Shown here one piece after another: positions 41,700 to 55,362 of a stretch of DNA of 64,000 nucleotides. The DNA lies in the NCBI RefSeq assembly GCF_009914755.1, contig NC_060948.1; one strand, given 5' to 3'. The notes under the pieces are model-generated. The model was not told the origin of the DNA, made no database searches, and saw only the letters and a list, made by a program, of their open reading frames with translations. Source of the stretch: the human T2T-CHM13v2.0 reference genome, Homo sapiens. How positions within the stretch are numbered: the stretch's first letter is position 1; each line of letters starts with the position of its first letter. The translations under genes were made by a program, and so were the position numbers.

Positions 41700-42272
41700 A
41701 TGAGAAAAGAAAGAGAGGTTGTAAGGAGGGATGATGGAAGGAAGAAAGAAAGGAAAGAAGGAGTAAATGGAGGGAGGATGAAAGAAGGGAGGAAAGAAAG
41801 GCAAAGGAAAGAAAAAGGAAAGGGAGAGGGGAGGGAGGGAAGAGAAGGAGGGAATAAAAAGGGGAGAGAGAAAGGGAGGAAGGAAGGAAGGGAAGGAAGG
41901 AGGGAAGAAGAGAGGAAGGGAAGAAAAATGGAAAACACGAAGGAGGGAAGAAGGGAGGAAGAAAATAAGGAAGGGGAAGTGGGGAGGAAGAGAAGGAGTA
42001 AGGGGGACAGGAGAGAGGAAATAAGGAAGGAAGAAAGGAGGAAGGAAGAAGGGAAGGAAGGAAGAAAGGAAAGAAGGAAGGAAAGGAGGGCTGGAGGAGA
42101 GGAGGGAAATGGGAGGAAGGAGAGAAAGAAGGGGCTGGGATGGAGGGAGGAAATAAGGAAGGGAAGGAGACAGAGAGGGAGGGAGAGAGCGAGTGAGGAA
42201 GGAGGGAAAGAAGGAGAAATGGGGGGAGGCAGGAGGGAAAAAAGAGGAAGAGGGAGGAAGGAGGGATGGAGA
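41700..42272. repeat. GA-rich polypurine low-complexity tract
   Basis: ~570 bp of GGAA/GGGA/GAAA units with few pyrimidines. Confidence 0.95.
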
Positions 42273-44097
42273 GTGAGCTCGCCAGGGTAGCTGTGAAGTC
42301 TATTTGTCCGTGAGAGCCTCCCTGCTTGGGCACTGCAAAAGCCCAACTTCTGAACTTTGCCCTTCATAACTGTCATGTTCCCAAATCAACCATTCCTTCC
42401 AAATATATGTCTTGGCCTTGAAGGATCCTTGATAGGATAAAATACATTTCTTCCTTTTAAAACAATACTTGTTACAAATTCTCAGCGGTGTCATATTTTA
42501 AAAGAGAATTCTTGCACACAGATTTCCACCTCGAACCTGGTCCCAGTACAGTGCCTTGTATAACCTCTATTTCCAGGCTCTGCCCACAGCAGGTGAGGCC
42601 ATTAAATGTTGTCCTCCTTTGCTAGATTATTTTCTTTTAACATATTTGTCACCAACTCCCTGCTGTATTCCCTAAATTCCTCAGAGAAAAACCCAAACAC
42701 TGGTAAATATAAACAGTTTGTAATCACATGAGAAAACACACAGTAGTGTCTCTCAGATACTCCTGGAGAGAGGCTCTGTCATGGAAGCAACTGGGGGAAT
42801 ACAATATATTTAATGTTTACTTTGAAATGCAAAGTCACTATTATTAAAACAAGCAGAGGGACAAGTGCCACAGCCCAAGACTTTACCTGCCATATTGGCA
42901 TTTTTGAATTGCCTGTGTTTCAGTGGGTATCAAAAGTTCTGCAATGTTCATTAAATTAAATTGTGGCCATGCTTAATTAAATAAAATTATGCAAGATCTT
43001 ATAAACAAACCCAACTGGGTGCTTTTCACTCAGTACTCCAGGCAACCCTCTCTTGCTACAGTGTTTGCCGGGATTTCTGTTTTCCAACATGTGACAGATC
43101 TCTCTTTCGGCGCTATCTGGTTACCATGCTAAGCCATCTTCTGGGTTGTGGTCTCCATTGTGAAGATTCTGCCTTTATATTTGGCTTTTGAGTTCAGTTC
43201 AACAGGAACAGTGAGCCCAGGAAGGTGTGGATCTACAGCTCCATCAAGTGACAGGGATGTCACATGCTGAAACTTTGCTTTTTAGATTCCTGGAAGTAAA
43301 AACCCAATGGTCTCATGACACATGACCCCTTTTGGTCAAGTTTTTCTCTTTCTGAGGAAGGACAGAGCCACTACAATAGTCAGCTATGACAGAGGCCTAG
43401 TTGCAGCCCCAGTTTCTTTAGATTTTTTTTGGTGTCATTCTTGTTCTTGTTACATTTCATGTTTTCTCCCAAAAGAGGCATCTGCAGGGCTTCATTCAAA
43501 TTACTTTCTTCTGCAACTTGCGATGCATGCTGTCAATGGACCAGAGGTGATTTGTCAGATCCCATTTTACCTAGGAAACCTCAGGCTTCCGAGCATTGCT
43601 GTGCCTGAGTGGAGATGAGGAAGTGTCTTGGAATTTTAGTTTTCCCAGCAGCAGCCCTTACCCTATGATGAACAGTGTGCAAGTAGAAATAGTTCAGCTC
43701 CTTCTGCTCCTGCTAGGGACAACTGTGAGGTGTTGCCTGTCCCATTTTCAATGTTCCTCTGTGAGACTGAGCTTCAGTAAACCTATTGTTGCCATCTTTT
43801 TGTGGTTTGTCTCAGTTTTCAACATCCTTACCAGGATTTCTGGGAATGCTTTCTCAAAAAAAAAAAATATCACTTTTTAATCTCAAGGGCCTCTTCTGGG
43901 GAACTCAGTTTCCAATAGCATATCAATTTACCTTTAATCTATTAAATAGGAGGGGGTGGTTAACTTAGCTGTAAATAACATCAGAGGAGAGACTAAAAAT
44001 GTTGACAGTTTTTGAAATTAGCTTTGCATACATAGGCAACTTTTATTCACCAGATGTTTCTTAGAAATTAGTTTTGTTCATTTTTTCCCTGATATGA

Positions 44098-44529
<432 letters not shown>

Positions 44530-44629
44530 TAACATTTATCTGATTTGACAGACATGGAGAATAGATAGATAAGCTGGTTAATAGCTTGGAATGCAAACAT
44601 AGTAGGGAGGATACAGGATGTGGTCTGAG

Positions 44630-44745
44630 AATTATCAAAATATGCAAGGATAAAGTCTCCTTCATCTTTGGGTCTTCAGTGCTTAGCATTATGCTTGGCA
44701 TAAGCAAGTTGATCAATACACACTTGTTAATCTAATTGAATGAAA
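44630..44745 (+). mobile_element. L2 3' end
   Basis: CAGTGCTTAGCATTATGCTTGGCATA..TGAATGAA. Confidence 0.6.
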
Positions 44746-44884
44746 CTGAAGTGCATTGGATTGCAATGAGTTTGGTTTATCTGTTGATTTCTTATGAAAT
44801 ATACGATAATCATAAGAACGGCATTGCATGTCAGAGATAAATTCCCACATTCCAAAAATGGTAGGAGAGATTATATGGACCTAT

Positions 44885-45135
44885 GGTCTTTAGTACAATA
44901 GCTAATGACCACATGTGGTCATTTCAATTTAAATTCATTAAAAATAAATAAATGTGAGAATCAGTTCTTTGGTTGCATAAGCTGCCTCTCATCTGCCCAA
45001 TAGTCACATGGGGCTACTAGCGTCAACAGAATAAGAATATTATTTGGTTATATTATATTAGCTATGAGAATATTATACTAGCTAGGAGATATTGTATTGC
45101 AAAGGTCAAACAGAGAACACTTGTCTTAGACAGCT
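44885..45135. mobile_element. MER3-like hAT MITE
   Basis: CCACATGTGG..TTTAAATTCATTAAAAATAAATAAA..AATAGTCACATGGGCTA. Confidence 0.65.
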
Positions 45136-45415
45136 CAAAGGACCTAGGGACAGGTTGATCTTCTTCTATCTCTCTTTATAAAATATTTCATATTTATAAA
45201 AATACAAAATAGTTTAAACATGCAGAACATTTATTTAAAGCTGCAAAATATTACTGTATCTCCTTGGTGTCCCCACACACACTGGCCCCAGCAAAATGCA
45301 CAGTGGATTTTCCTCAGACGTGGTGTTATGAAAACACACCACACCATTTTTCATAAAGGTTTTCTATTGAAGCTAAATGAAAACAATTGCAAGGGAAATT
45401 AAAAACACCCAAATG

Positions 45416-45720
45416 GGCCAGGCATGGTGGCTCATTCCTGTAATCCCAGCACTTTGGGAGGCCTAGGCTGGCAGATCACTTGAGTCCAGGAGTTTAAGAC
45501 CAGCCTGGCCATCATGGCAAAACTCCATCTATACAAAATTTAGCTGGGTGTCAGAAAGTGCTCCTGTAATCCTAGCTACTGGGGAGGATGTGGTAGAAGA
45601 ATCACTTAAACTTAGGAGGTGGAAGTTGTAGTGAACTGAGATTATGCCGCTGCGCTCCAGCCTACGAGACAGAGCAAGACTCCATCTCAAAAACAAAACA
45701 AAAAAAAATAAAAATAAAAA
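45416..45720 (+). mobile_element. Alu (AluJb/S)
   Basis: Full dimer with A-rich tail. Confidence 0.9.
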
Positions 45721-45794
45721 CACAAATAAATTAGAAACATTTGCTACATCCTAAGGACAGAAAGAGTATTTTTCCCCCCATCGGATTTTACCTT

Positions 45795-46802
45795 CTATTT
45801 TCTTTTTTCATTTTTATCATTATTTTACTTTCAGTTCTGGGATACAAGTGCCAAAAGTGTAGATCACATTGCTATATGTGTGCCATATATATTGCTGTAC
45901 CTATCAACCCACCATTTATGTTTCAAGCCATGCATTCATTAGCTATTTTTCCTAATGCTCCCTCTCCCCTTGCCCCCTACCCCTTGACTGGTGCCAGGGT
46001 GTGTTGTTCCCCTCCCTGTGTCCATGTGTTCTTATTGTTCAACTCCCACTTATGAATGAGATACACAGTGTTTGCTTTTCTGTTCCTGCATAACTTTGCT
46101 GAGGATGATGGCTATCAGATTCATCCATGTTTCTGCAAAGGACATAATCTCATTTCTCTTTATGGCTCCATAGTATCCTGTGGTGTATAAGTATCACATT
46201 TTATTTATCCAGTCTATCACTGATGGGCATGTAGGTTGGCTCCAGGTCTTTGCTATTGTAAATAGTGCTGCAATAAACATATGTGTGCATGTGTCTTTAT
46301 AGTAGCATGATTTATATTCCTTTGGGTATATACCCAGTAATGGGATTGCTGGGTCAAATGGTATCTTTTTGTTCTAGGTCCTTGGAGAATACCCACAGTG
46401 TCTTTCACAATAGTTTAACTAATTTACATTCCAACCAACAGTGGAAAGGTGTTCCTATTTCTCCACTGTCTCACCAGCATCTATTGTTTATTGACTTTTT
46501 GATAATTGCCATTCTGACTGGAATGGGATGATAGCTCATTGCAGTTTTGATTTGCATTTTTCTAATGAACAGTGATGTTAAACGATTTTTCATATGTTTG
46601 TGGGCTGAATAAATGTCTTCTTTTGAGAAGCATCTGTTCATATCCTTTGCCCACTTTTGATGGGGTTGTTGGTTTTTTCCTTGTAGATTCTGGATGTTAG
46701 CCCTTTGTCAGATGGGTAGATTGCAAAAATTTTCTCCCATTCTCTTGGTTACTTATTAACTCTGATGATAGTTTCTTTTACTGCACAGAAGCTCTTCAGT
46801 TT
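45795..46802 (-). mobile_element. L1PA8-like 3' end (~1 kb, 5'-truncated)
   Basis: Reverse L1PA 3'UTR (CCCCTCCCTGTGTCCATGTGTTC..CCCACTTATGA) and ORF2 C-terminus. Confidence 0.9.
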
Positions 46803-47868
46803 TCTGTTTACAGTTAGCCAGTAGAAAGTCTTAAAAATAGAAGATGGCCAAATAGGAACAGCTCTGGTCTGCAGCTACCAGCATGATCAACACACAAGAT
46901 GAGTGATTTCTGCATTTCCAACTGAGGTATCTGGTTCATCTCACTGGGACTGGTTGGATAGTGGGTGCAGTCCATGAAGGGTGAGCCAAAGAAGGGCAGG
47001 GCATCTCCTCACCCAGTAAGTGCAAAGGGTATCATGATTTCCCTTTCCTAGCCAAGGGAAGCTGTGACAGACTGTACCTGGAAAAACAGGACACTTCTGC
47101 CCAAATACTGAGGTTTTCCCATGGTCATCGCAACTGGCAGACAAAGAGATTCTCTCCCGTGACTAGCTCAGTGGGTCCCACGCCCATGGAGCCTTGTTCA
47201 CTGCTACTGCAGCAGTCTGAAATCATCCTGTGAGACTGCAGCCTGGTGGGGGGAGGGGCATCCACCATTGCTGAGGCTTGAGTAGGTAAACAAAGTGGCC
47301 AGGAAGCTTGAACTGGTCAGCACCCATGGCAGCTCAGCAAGGCCTACTGCCTCTATAGAATCCATATTTGTGGGCAGGGCATACATGAACAAAAGACAGC
47401 AGAAACTTCTGCAGACTTAAGCTTCCCTGTCTGACAGCTCTGAGGAGACCAGTGGTTTTCTCAACATGGCGTTTGAACTCTGAGAATGGATAGACTGCTT
47501 CCTGAAGTGGTTCCCTGACTCCCATGTAGCCTAATAGGGAGACATCTCCCAGTCGGGGCCAACAGACACCTCATACAGGTGAATGCCCCTCTGGGAAGAA
47601 GCTTCCAAAGGAAAGATCAGGCAGCAATATTTGCTGCTCTGCAATATTTGCTGTTCTGCACCCTCTGCTGGTGATACCCAGGCAAACAAAATCTGGAGCG
47701 GACCTCCAGCAAACTCCAACAGACCTGCAACTGAGGGACCTGTCTGTTACAAGGAAAACTAACAAACAGAAAGGAATAGCATCAACATCAACAAAAAGGA
47801 CATCCACACCAAAACCCCATCTGAAGGTCACTAACATGAAAGTCCAAAGGTAGATAAAAACTACAAAG

Positions 47869-48891
47869 ATAGGGAGAAACCAGAGCAGAAAAGCTGAAAA
47901 TTCTAAAACCCAAAGTGCTTCTCCTCCAAAGGATCACAGCTCCTTGCCTGCAAGGGAACAAAGCTGGATGGAGAATGAGTTTCATGAGTTGACACAGGTA
48001 GGCTTCAGAAGGTTGGTAATAACAAACTTATCTGAGCTAAAGGAGCATGTTCTAACCGATTGCAAGGAAGCTAAAAACCTTCAAAAAAGTTATACCAATG
48101 GCCAACTAGAATGAACAGTGTAGAGAAGACCTTACATGACCTGATGGAGCTGAAAACCAAGGCATGAGAACTGCATGACACAAGCACAAGCTTCAATATC
48201 TGATTTGATCAAGTGGAAGAAAGGATTTCAGTGATTGAATATCAAATTAATGAAATAAACTGAGACAAAAGTTTAGAGAAAAAAAGAGTAAAAAGAAACA
48301 AACAAGGCCTCCAAGAAATATGGGACTATGTGACAAGACCCAAATTTACCTTTGATTGGTGTACCTGAAAGTGATGGGGAGAATGGAACAAAGTTGGAAA
48401 ACACTCTTCAAGATATCATCCAGGAGAACTTCCCCTACGTAACAAGGCAGGCCAACATTCAAATTCAGGAAATACAGAGAACAACACAAAGATACTCCTT
48501 GAGAAGAGCAACCCCAAGACACATAATTGTCAAATTCATTAAGATTGAAATGAAGGAAAAAATGTTAAGGGTAGCCAGAGAGAAAGGCTGGGTTACCCAC
48601 AAAGGGAAGCCCATCAGACCAACAGCAGATCTCTTGATGGAAACCCTACAAGCCAGAATAGAGTGGGGGCCAATATTCAACATGCTGAAAGAAAACAATT
48701 TTCAACACAGAATTTCATATTCAGTGAAGGTAAGATTTATAAGTGAAGGAGAAATAAAATCCTTTACAGACAAGCAAATGCTGAGAGATTTTGTCACCAT
48801 CAGGCCTGACTTACAAGAACTTCTAAAGGAAGCACTAAACATGGAAAGGAACAACCAGTACCAGCCACTGCAGAAACATGCCAAATTGTAA
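47869..48891 (+). pseudogene. L1 ORF1p remnant
   Basis: Start codon reads ATA; 5' half has stops. ORF 48352..48891 IGVPESDGENGTKLENTLQDIIQENFP...YQPLQKHAKL is the ORF1p RRM/CTD. Confidence 0.9.
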
Positions 48892-48954
48892 AGACCATCA
48901 ATGCTATGAAGAAACTGCATCAATTAATGGGCAAAAGAACCAGCTAACATCATA

Positions 48955-50536
48955 ACGAGAGGATCAAATTCGCACATAACAATATTAACCTAAAATGTAA
49001 ATGGGCTATGTGCCCCAGTTAAAAGACACCGACAATGGAGAAAGAGTCAAGACCCATCAGGGTGCTGTATTCAGGAAACCCATCTCATGTGCAGAGACAC
49101 ACATAGGCTCAAAATAAAGGGATGGAGGAAGATCTACCAAGCAAATGGAAAGCAAAAAAAAAAAAATAATAAAATAAAAAAAAAGGAGGGTTTGCAATCC
49201 TAGTCTCTGATACAACAGATTTTAAACCAACAAAGATCAAAAGACACAAAGGAGGCCGTTACATGATGGTAAAGGGAACAATTCAACAAGTAGGACTAAC
49301 TATCCTAAATATATATGCACCCAATACAGGAACACTCAGTTTCATAAAGCAAGCCCTCAGAGACCTACAAAGAGATTCAGACACCCAAACAATAATAATG
49401 GTATAATTTAACACCCCACTGTCAATATTAGACAGATCAACAAGACAGAAGGTTAACAAAGATATCCAGAACCTGAACTCAGCTCTGCACCAAGCGGACA
49501 TAATAGACATCTACAGAACTCTCCACCCCAAATCAACAGAATATACATTCTTCTCAGCACCACATCACAGTTATTCCAAAACTGACCACGTAGATGGAAG
49601 CAAAACACTCTGGAGCAATTGGAAAAGAACAGAAATCACAACAAACTGTATCTAAGACCACAGTACAGGGAACTCAGAATTGAGAAAATCACTTAAAACC
49701 ACACAACTACATGGGAACTAAACAACCTGCTCCTGAATGACTACTGGGTACATAAAGAAATGAAGGCAGAAATGAAGAAGTTCTTTGAAACCAAAGAGAA
49801 AAAAGACACAACATACTAGAATCTCTGGGACACATTTAAAGGAGTGTATAGAGGAAAATTTATGGCACTAAATGCCCACAAGAGAAAGCAGGAAAGATCT
49901 AAAATCGAAAAGCTAATATCACAATTAATAAAAACTAGAGATGCAAGAGCAAACAAGTTCAAAAGCTAGCAGAAGGCAAGAAATAACTAAGATCAGAGCA
50001 GAGCTGAAGGAGATAGAGTCATAAAGAAACCCTTCAAAAAGTGAATGAATGCAGGAGCCGGTTTTTTGAAAATATTAACAAAATTAATAGACTGTTAGCA
50101 AGATGAATAAGGAAGAAAGGAGAGAAGAATCAAATAGATGCAATAAAACAATGATAAAGGGGATATTACCACTAACCCCACAGAAATACAAACTACCTTG
50201 AGAGAATACTATAAACACCTCTAAGCAAATAAACTAGAAAATCTAGAAGAAATTAATAAATTCCTGGACACATACACCCTCCCAAGACTAAACCAGGAAG
50301 AAGTTGAATCTCTGAATAGGCTAATAACAGGCTCTGAAGCTGAGGGAATAATTAGCAGTGTGCAAACCAAAAAAAGTCCAGGACCAGATGGATTCACAGC
50401 CAAATTCTACCAGAGGTAAAAAGAGGAGCTGGTGCCATTCCTTCTGAAATTATTCCAATCCATAGAAAAAGAGGGAATCCTCCCTAACTCATTTTAGGCA
50501 GCCAGCATCATCCTGATACCAAAGCCTGGCAGAGAC

Positions 50537-50579
<43 letters not shown>

Positions 50580-52803
50580 AGACTAATATCCCTGATGAAT
50601 ATGACGTGAAAATCCTCAATAAAATACTGGCAAACCAAATCCAGCAGCACATCAAAAAGCTTATCCACCAGGATCAACTCAGCTTCACTCCTGGGAAGCA
50701 AAGCTGGTTCAATATACACAAATCAGTCAATATAATCCATCACATACACAGAACAAATGACAAAAAACACATGATTATCTCAATAGATGCAGAAAAGGCC
50801 TTTGAAAAACTTCAACAGCACTTCATGCTAAACACTCTCAATAAATTAGGTATTGACGGGATGTATCTCAAAATAATAAGAGCTATTCATGACAAATCCA
50901 CAGCCGATATCATACTGAATGGAGAAAACTGGAAGCATTTCCCTTGAAAACCGGCATAAGACAAGGATTCCCCCTCTCACCACTCCTATTCAACATAGTA
51001 TTGGAAGTTCTGTCCAGGGCAATCAGGTAAGAGAAGGCAATCAAGGGTATTCAATTAGGAAAAGAGGAAGTCAAATTGTCCCTGTTTGCAGATTATGTGA
51101 TTATATAGTTAGAAAACCCCATCGTCTCAGCCCTAAAACTCCTTAAGTAAATAAGCAACTTCAGCAAAGTCTCAGGATAGAAAATCTATGTGCAAAAATC
51201 ACAAGCATTCCTATACATCAACAACAGAGAAACAGAGAACCAAATCATAAGAGAACTCTCTTTCACAATTGCTACAAAGAGAATAAAATACCTAGGAATC
51301 CAACTTACAAGGGATGCAAAGGTCCTCTTCAAGGAGAACTACAAACTGCTGCTCAACTAAATAAAAGAGGACACAAAAAATGGAAGAACATTGCATGCTC
51401 ATGGATAGGAAGAATCAATATTGTGAAAATGACCATACTGCCCAAGGTAATTTATAGATTGAAAACCATCCCCATCAAGCTACAATGACTTTCTTCACAG
51501 AATTGGAAAAAAAAACAGTTTAAATTTCATGTGGAACCAAAAAAGAGCCCACACTGCCAAGACAATCCTAAGCAAAAAGAATAAAGCTGGAGGCATCACT
51601 CTATCTGACTTCAAAACTGTTTGGCTCCAGTAATCAAATCAGCATGGTACTGGTACAAAAACAGATATGTAGACCAATGGAACAGAACAGAAGCCTCAGA
51701 AATAACACCACACATCTACAACCACCTGATCATTGACAAACCTCACAAAAACAAGCAATGGGGAAAGGATTCCCTATTTAATAAATGGTGCTGGGAAAAC
51801 TGGCTAGCCATATGTAGAAAGCTGAAACTGGATCCCTTCCTTACACCTTATACAAAAATTAATTCAAGATGGATTAAAGACTTAAATGTTAGACCTAAAA
51901 CCATAAAAACCCTAGAAGAAAACCTAGGTAATACCTTCACGACACAGGCATGGGCAAGGACTTCAAGACTGAAACACCAAAAGCAATGGTAACAAAAGCC
52001 AAAATTGACAACTGGGATCTAATTTAACTAAAAAGCTTCTGCACTGTAAAAGAAACTGCCATCAGAGAGAACAGGCAGCCTACAGAATGGGAGAAAATTT
52101 TTGCAATGTACCCATCTGACAAAGGGCTAATATCCAGAATCCATAAAGAACTTAAACAAATTTACAATAAAAAAAAACCCAACTCCCTCAAAAAGTGGGC
52201 AAAGTATATGAACAGACACTTCTCAAAAGAAGACATTTATGCAACCAACAGACACAGGAAAAAATGCTCATCATCACTGGTCATCAGAGAAATGCAAATC
52301 AAAACCACAATTAGATAACATCTCATGCCAGTTAGAAGGGCGATCATTAAAAACTCAGGAAACAACAGATGCTGGAGAGGATGTGGAGAAACAGGAACAC
52401 TTTTACACTGTTGGTGGGAGTGTAAATTAGTACAACATTATGGAAGACAGTGTGGCAATTCCTCAAGGATCTAGAAATACCATTTGACCCAGCGATCCCG
52501 TTACTGGGTATATACCCAAAGGATTATAAATCACGCTACTATAAAGATTCATGCACATGTACGTTTATTGTGGCACTATTCACAGTAGCAGATACTTGGA
52601 ACCAACCCAAATGTCTATCAATGATAGACTGGATTAAGAAAATGTGGCACATATACACCGTGGAATACTATGCAGCCCTATAAAAGGATGAGTTCTTGTC
52701 CTTTGCAGGGACATGGATGAAGCTGGAAACCATCATTCTCAGCAAACTATCACAAGGACAGAAAACCAAACACCTCATGTTCTCACTCATAGGTGGGAAT
52801 TGA
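48955..52803 (+). pseudogene. L1 ORF2p remnant (EN/RT)
   Basis: Start codon reads ACG. Fragments [26 protein letters not shown] and WYWYKNR..DQWNR. Catalytic FADD reads FADY at ~51086. Many stops and frameshifts. Confidence 0.9.
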
Positions 52804-54014
52804 AGAATGAGAACACTTGGGCACAGGGAGGGAAACATCACATACCAGGGCCTTTCGTGGGGTGGGGGGCTGGGGTAGCGATAGCATTAGGAGAACTACC
52901 TGATATAAATGATGAGTTGGTAGACGCAGGAAACCAACATGGCACATGTATACCTATGTAACAAACAGGCACGTTATGCACACGTACCCTAGAACTTAAA
53001 AAAAATAATAGAAAGTCTTAAAAATAAATCTTGCTTCTGTACTCTGTGTTATTTTTCCCTGTCATGTTTACAATCTTCTAATACAGTCCTATAATCTACT
53101 CATTTGTTGTATGAATGAATGAAAAGAACCCCACTGATTTTCCTTGCCACTATTTGACTTACTCATTCTAACAGACTTGTTAACTAAGACTCATCACTCT
53201 GTTCATCTCATTTTTAAGAGTGGAGCTCATTATCCACTTTCACATTTTTGCCAACAACTAGTCAGTAGGAATAGGGGTCAGGCACAGTAACTCATGCCTC
53301 TGATCCCAACCAAGATCTTCTTGCTTGTGAAAAAAATCAGGGAAGATGCCGTACATTTCCTCAAAGGTCTGCAGGTGTCACATTCTTGATTTATACCCCA
53401 CTTAATAGCTGTCTATCAGGATCCAAGGAACATGGAAAAATGACATTTGGACACCCCGACATGACTCCTAAAAGTGGCACATAGCTATTTTCAGCCGACA
53501 CGGAGACTAAAATTCATAATCTTCTTTGGGGGGCACAGTGGTATGTTGATATTTTAATTTCATGAAACTATTGAAGAGAAATCCTATCATAAATTATGGT
53601 CATGTTCTCTATGCCGTCCACACAAGCTCAGCCGCAGATGTGTTTATCTATAATGGGCTGGTTCTAAATTTTTCCTGAGGCTATTTGTTTGCTTCTTTGA
53701 GAGCAGTTTGTCTTTTATGAGTAGAAAGGTAGTAGCAAATTCTGTGACTTGAAAAAAGCTTTTGGAAAAACTTAGAACAGCAAGTGTTAACCATTGACTT
53801 ATGCTTCTGTCCTCCTGAAAACAAGGGAAGGCTGCTGTGATTCCATTGTAACTGCACATTATTTAACTTTAGTTTACAGAACTAGGTTCTGGGCAAGCAA
53901 GCCTCAGCACCATGGAGATGCAGTTAGAACAAAATACTCACTGTTAAACAGTGTCTGCCCTTGTGTCTAATTGTCTCACATGAATATTTCTGAATTTATG
54001 CCAGATGACTTAGT

Positions 54015-54190
54015 AGCTATTTTTGAACACCTGTGATGTGCAGTCACTGTCATAAGTGCTGGGGATATATGAAAGAAAATGAACATCTTGCTTTGAGTCT
54101 AATATGGAAGAAAAATAATAAGTGAGCCAATAGATCAGACATATCTTAGTGGGATATCTACTTCTCAGGATGGGGTCTCCTTAGGGACAT
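54015..54190 (-). mobile_element. L2 fragment
   Basis: TTTTGAACACCTGTGATGTGCAGTCACTGTCATAAGTGCTGGGGATA. Confidence 0.55.
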
Positions 54191-54379
54191 CTCATTTAAA
54201 AATTGCAGATGGATGGATCTCCATGGTGCTTAGTGGGAACAACGCAGCCTCATCAATCTTCCTTGATGCCTGAATATTTTACTGGACATTCCCAACCTCG
54301 GATCTCCTCTGAATCTTTCTTCAGCCGGATCTTGGCTGACCTCCAGTGTATTTCATTAACAGGTCCCTTCGTCCTTTAC

Positions 54380-54730
54380 TTTCTATCAGTTGAACTATTG
54401 GGGTGAGTTAGTAGCATACCCCAAAAAAACAAGCTGGGAGAGAGGCCATGCCCTACATCTTCTCTGCTTTCTGCCTGGGAGACTACTCCTGCTGGCTGCA
54501 TTCCTGGGCAGAAGGAAGCTGTTTCTGGTAACTTCTCCCTCCCCTTGATCCTTCAGACCCCCAGAATAGGAAGGGTTCCTCAGTCCCTAAACTCAGGGTG
54601 CTCCATATTCAAACACATGTTTTCTCACCCTCACAAGCCAGCTTCCTGCAGGTCTGTAGATAGTTGTTCCCTAAATCTCCATTACATATTCCATCTTGGT
54701 ACGCCACATTTGGTCTCTTAAATACACTGC
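54380..54730. mobile_element. ancient ERVL/MaLR-type LTR fragment
   Basis: CCCTCCCCTTGATCCTTCAGACCC..AGGGTGCTCCA resembles old LTR16/MLT1-type sequence; family uncertain. Confidence 0.35.
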
Positions 54731-55204
54731 ATGGAGTAGAAAATCCTAACAAGGCATCAGCTGCTGACTCTGTGATCTGCTACCCTCCCTGCTCTTCCTT
54801 GAAAAAAATCCCAAACTAGCCCAGAATGAAGGAATTTGTGTTTTTTGAAATATGTGTTTTCTAGAAAGAATCAAGAAAAAAAACTATTTATGCATAACTG
54901 TTGTAACTCTTTAGTACTTGTTCCATGTCTCATGCTACTTTGGATAATCAATGGCTATAAACAGCCAGCCAGATATGGGATGCCTAATAAAGATTTGTAG
55001 GTCAATCTGTGCATACTGTTAGCAGTTGACATGACAGCTTAATAAGAAACTGATTTTCTTAGTCTTGATTCGTATCCCAGATAAATACATGAAACAACAG
55101 TGGTTCAGAAACAGCAAACAACACTGAACCACTCAACCACAATATTATATTTGATAAAGATAGATTAAATAGTAGGTAAAGGTAATTTTTTATTCTCTGT
55201 CTCC

Positions 55205-55362
55205 ATAGCCCCTCCCTCCTTCCCTCCCTCCTTTCCTCCCTTCCTTCCTTCTTCCCATCCTTCCTTCCATCCATCCTTTTTTCTATCCTTCTTTCTTCCT
55301 TCCCTCCTTCTATCTCTCTTTTTTCTTTACTTCTTTTTGAACTTCTTTCTTTTTTTCCCCTC
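55205..55362. repeat. CT-rich low-complexity tract
   Basis: (CCTT/CCCT)n-like. Confidence 0.9.

Larger units (their letters stand above)
46840..53008 (+). mobile_element. near full-length L1PA6/7-like LINE-1, inactive
   Basis: 5'UTR from AAGATGGCCAAATAGGAACAGCT, then ORF1, ORF2, 3'UTR and A tail. TSD TAGAAAGTCTTAAAAATA at 46822-46839 and 53009-53026. Confidence 0.96.

Noticed and set aside
41678-42376. Longest ORFs in the window (232, 212 and 196 aa)
   Set aside because: They overlie the GA/CT low-complexity tract, which lacks stop codons by composition.
52855-52880. G-quadruplex-like G tract
   Set aside because: Normal L1 3'UTR G-rich tract.
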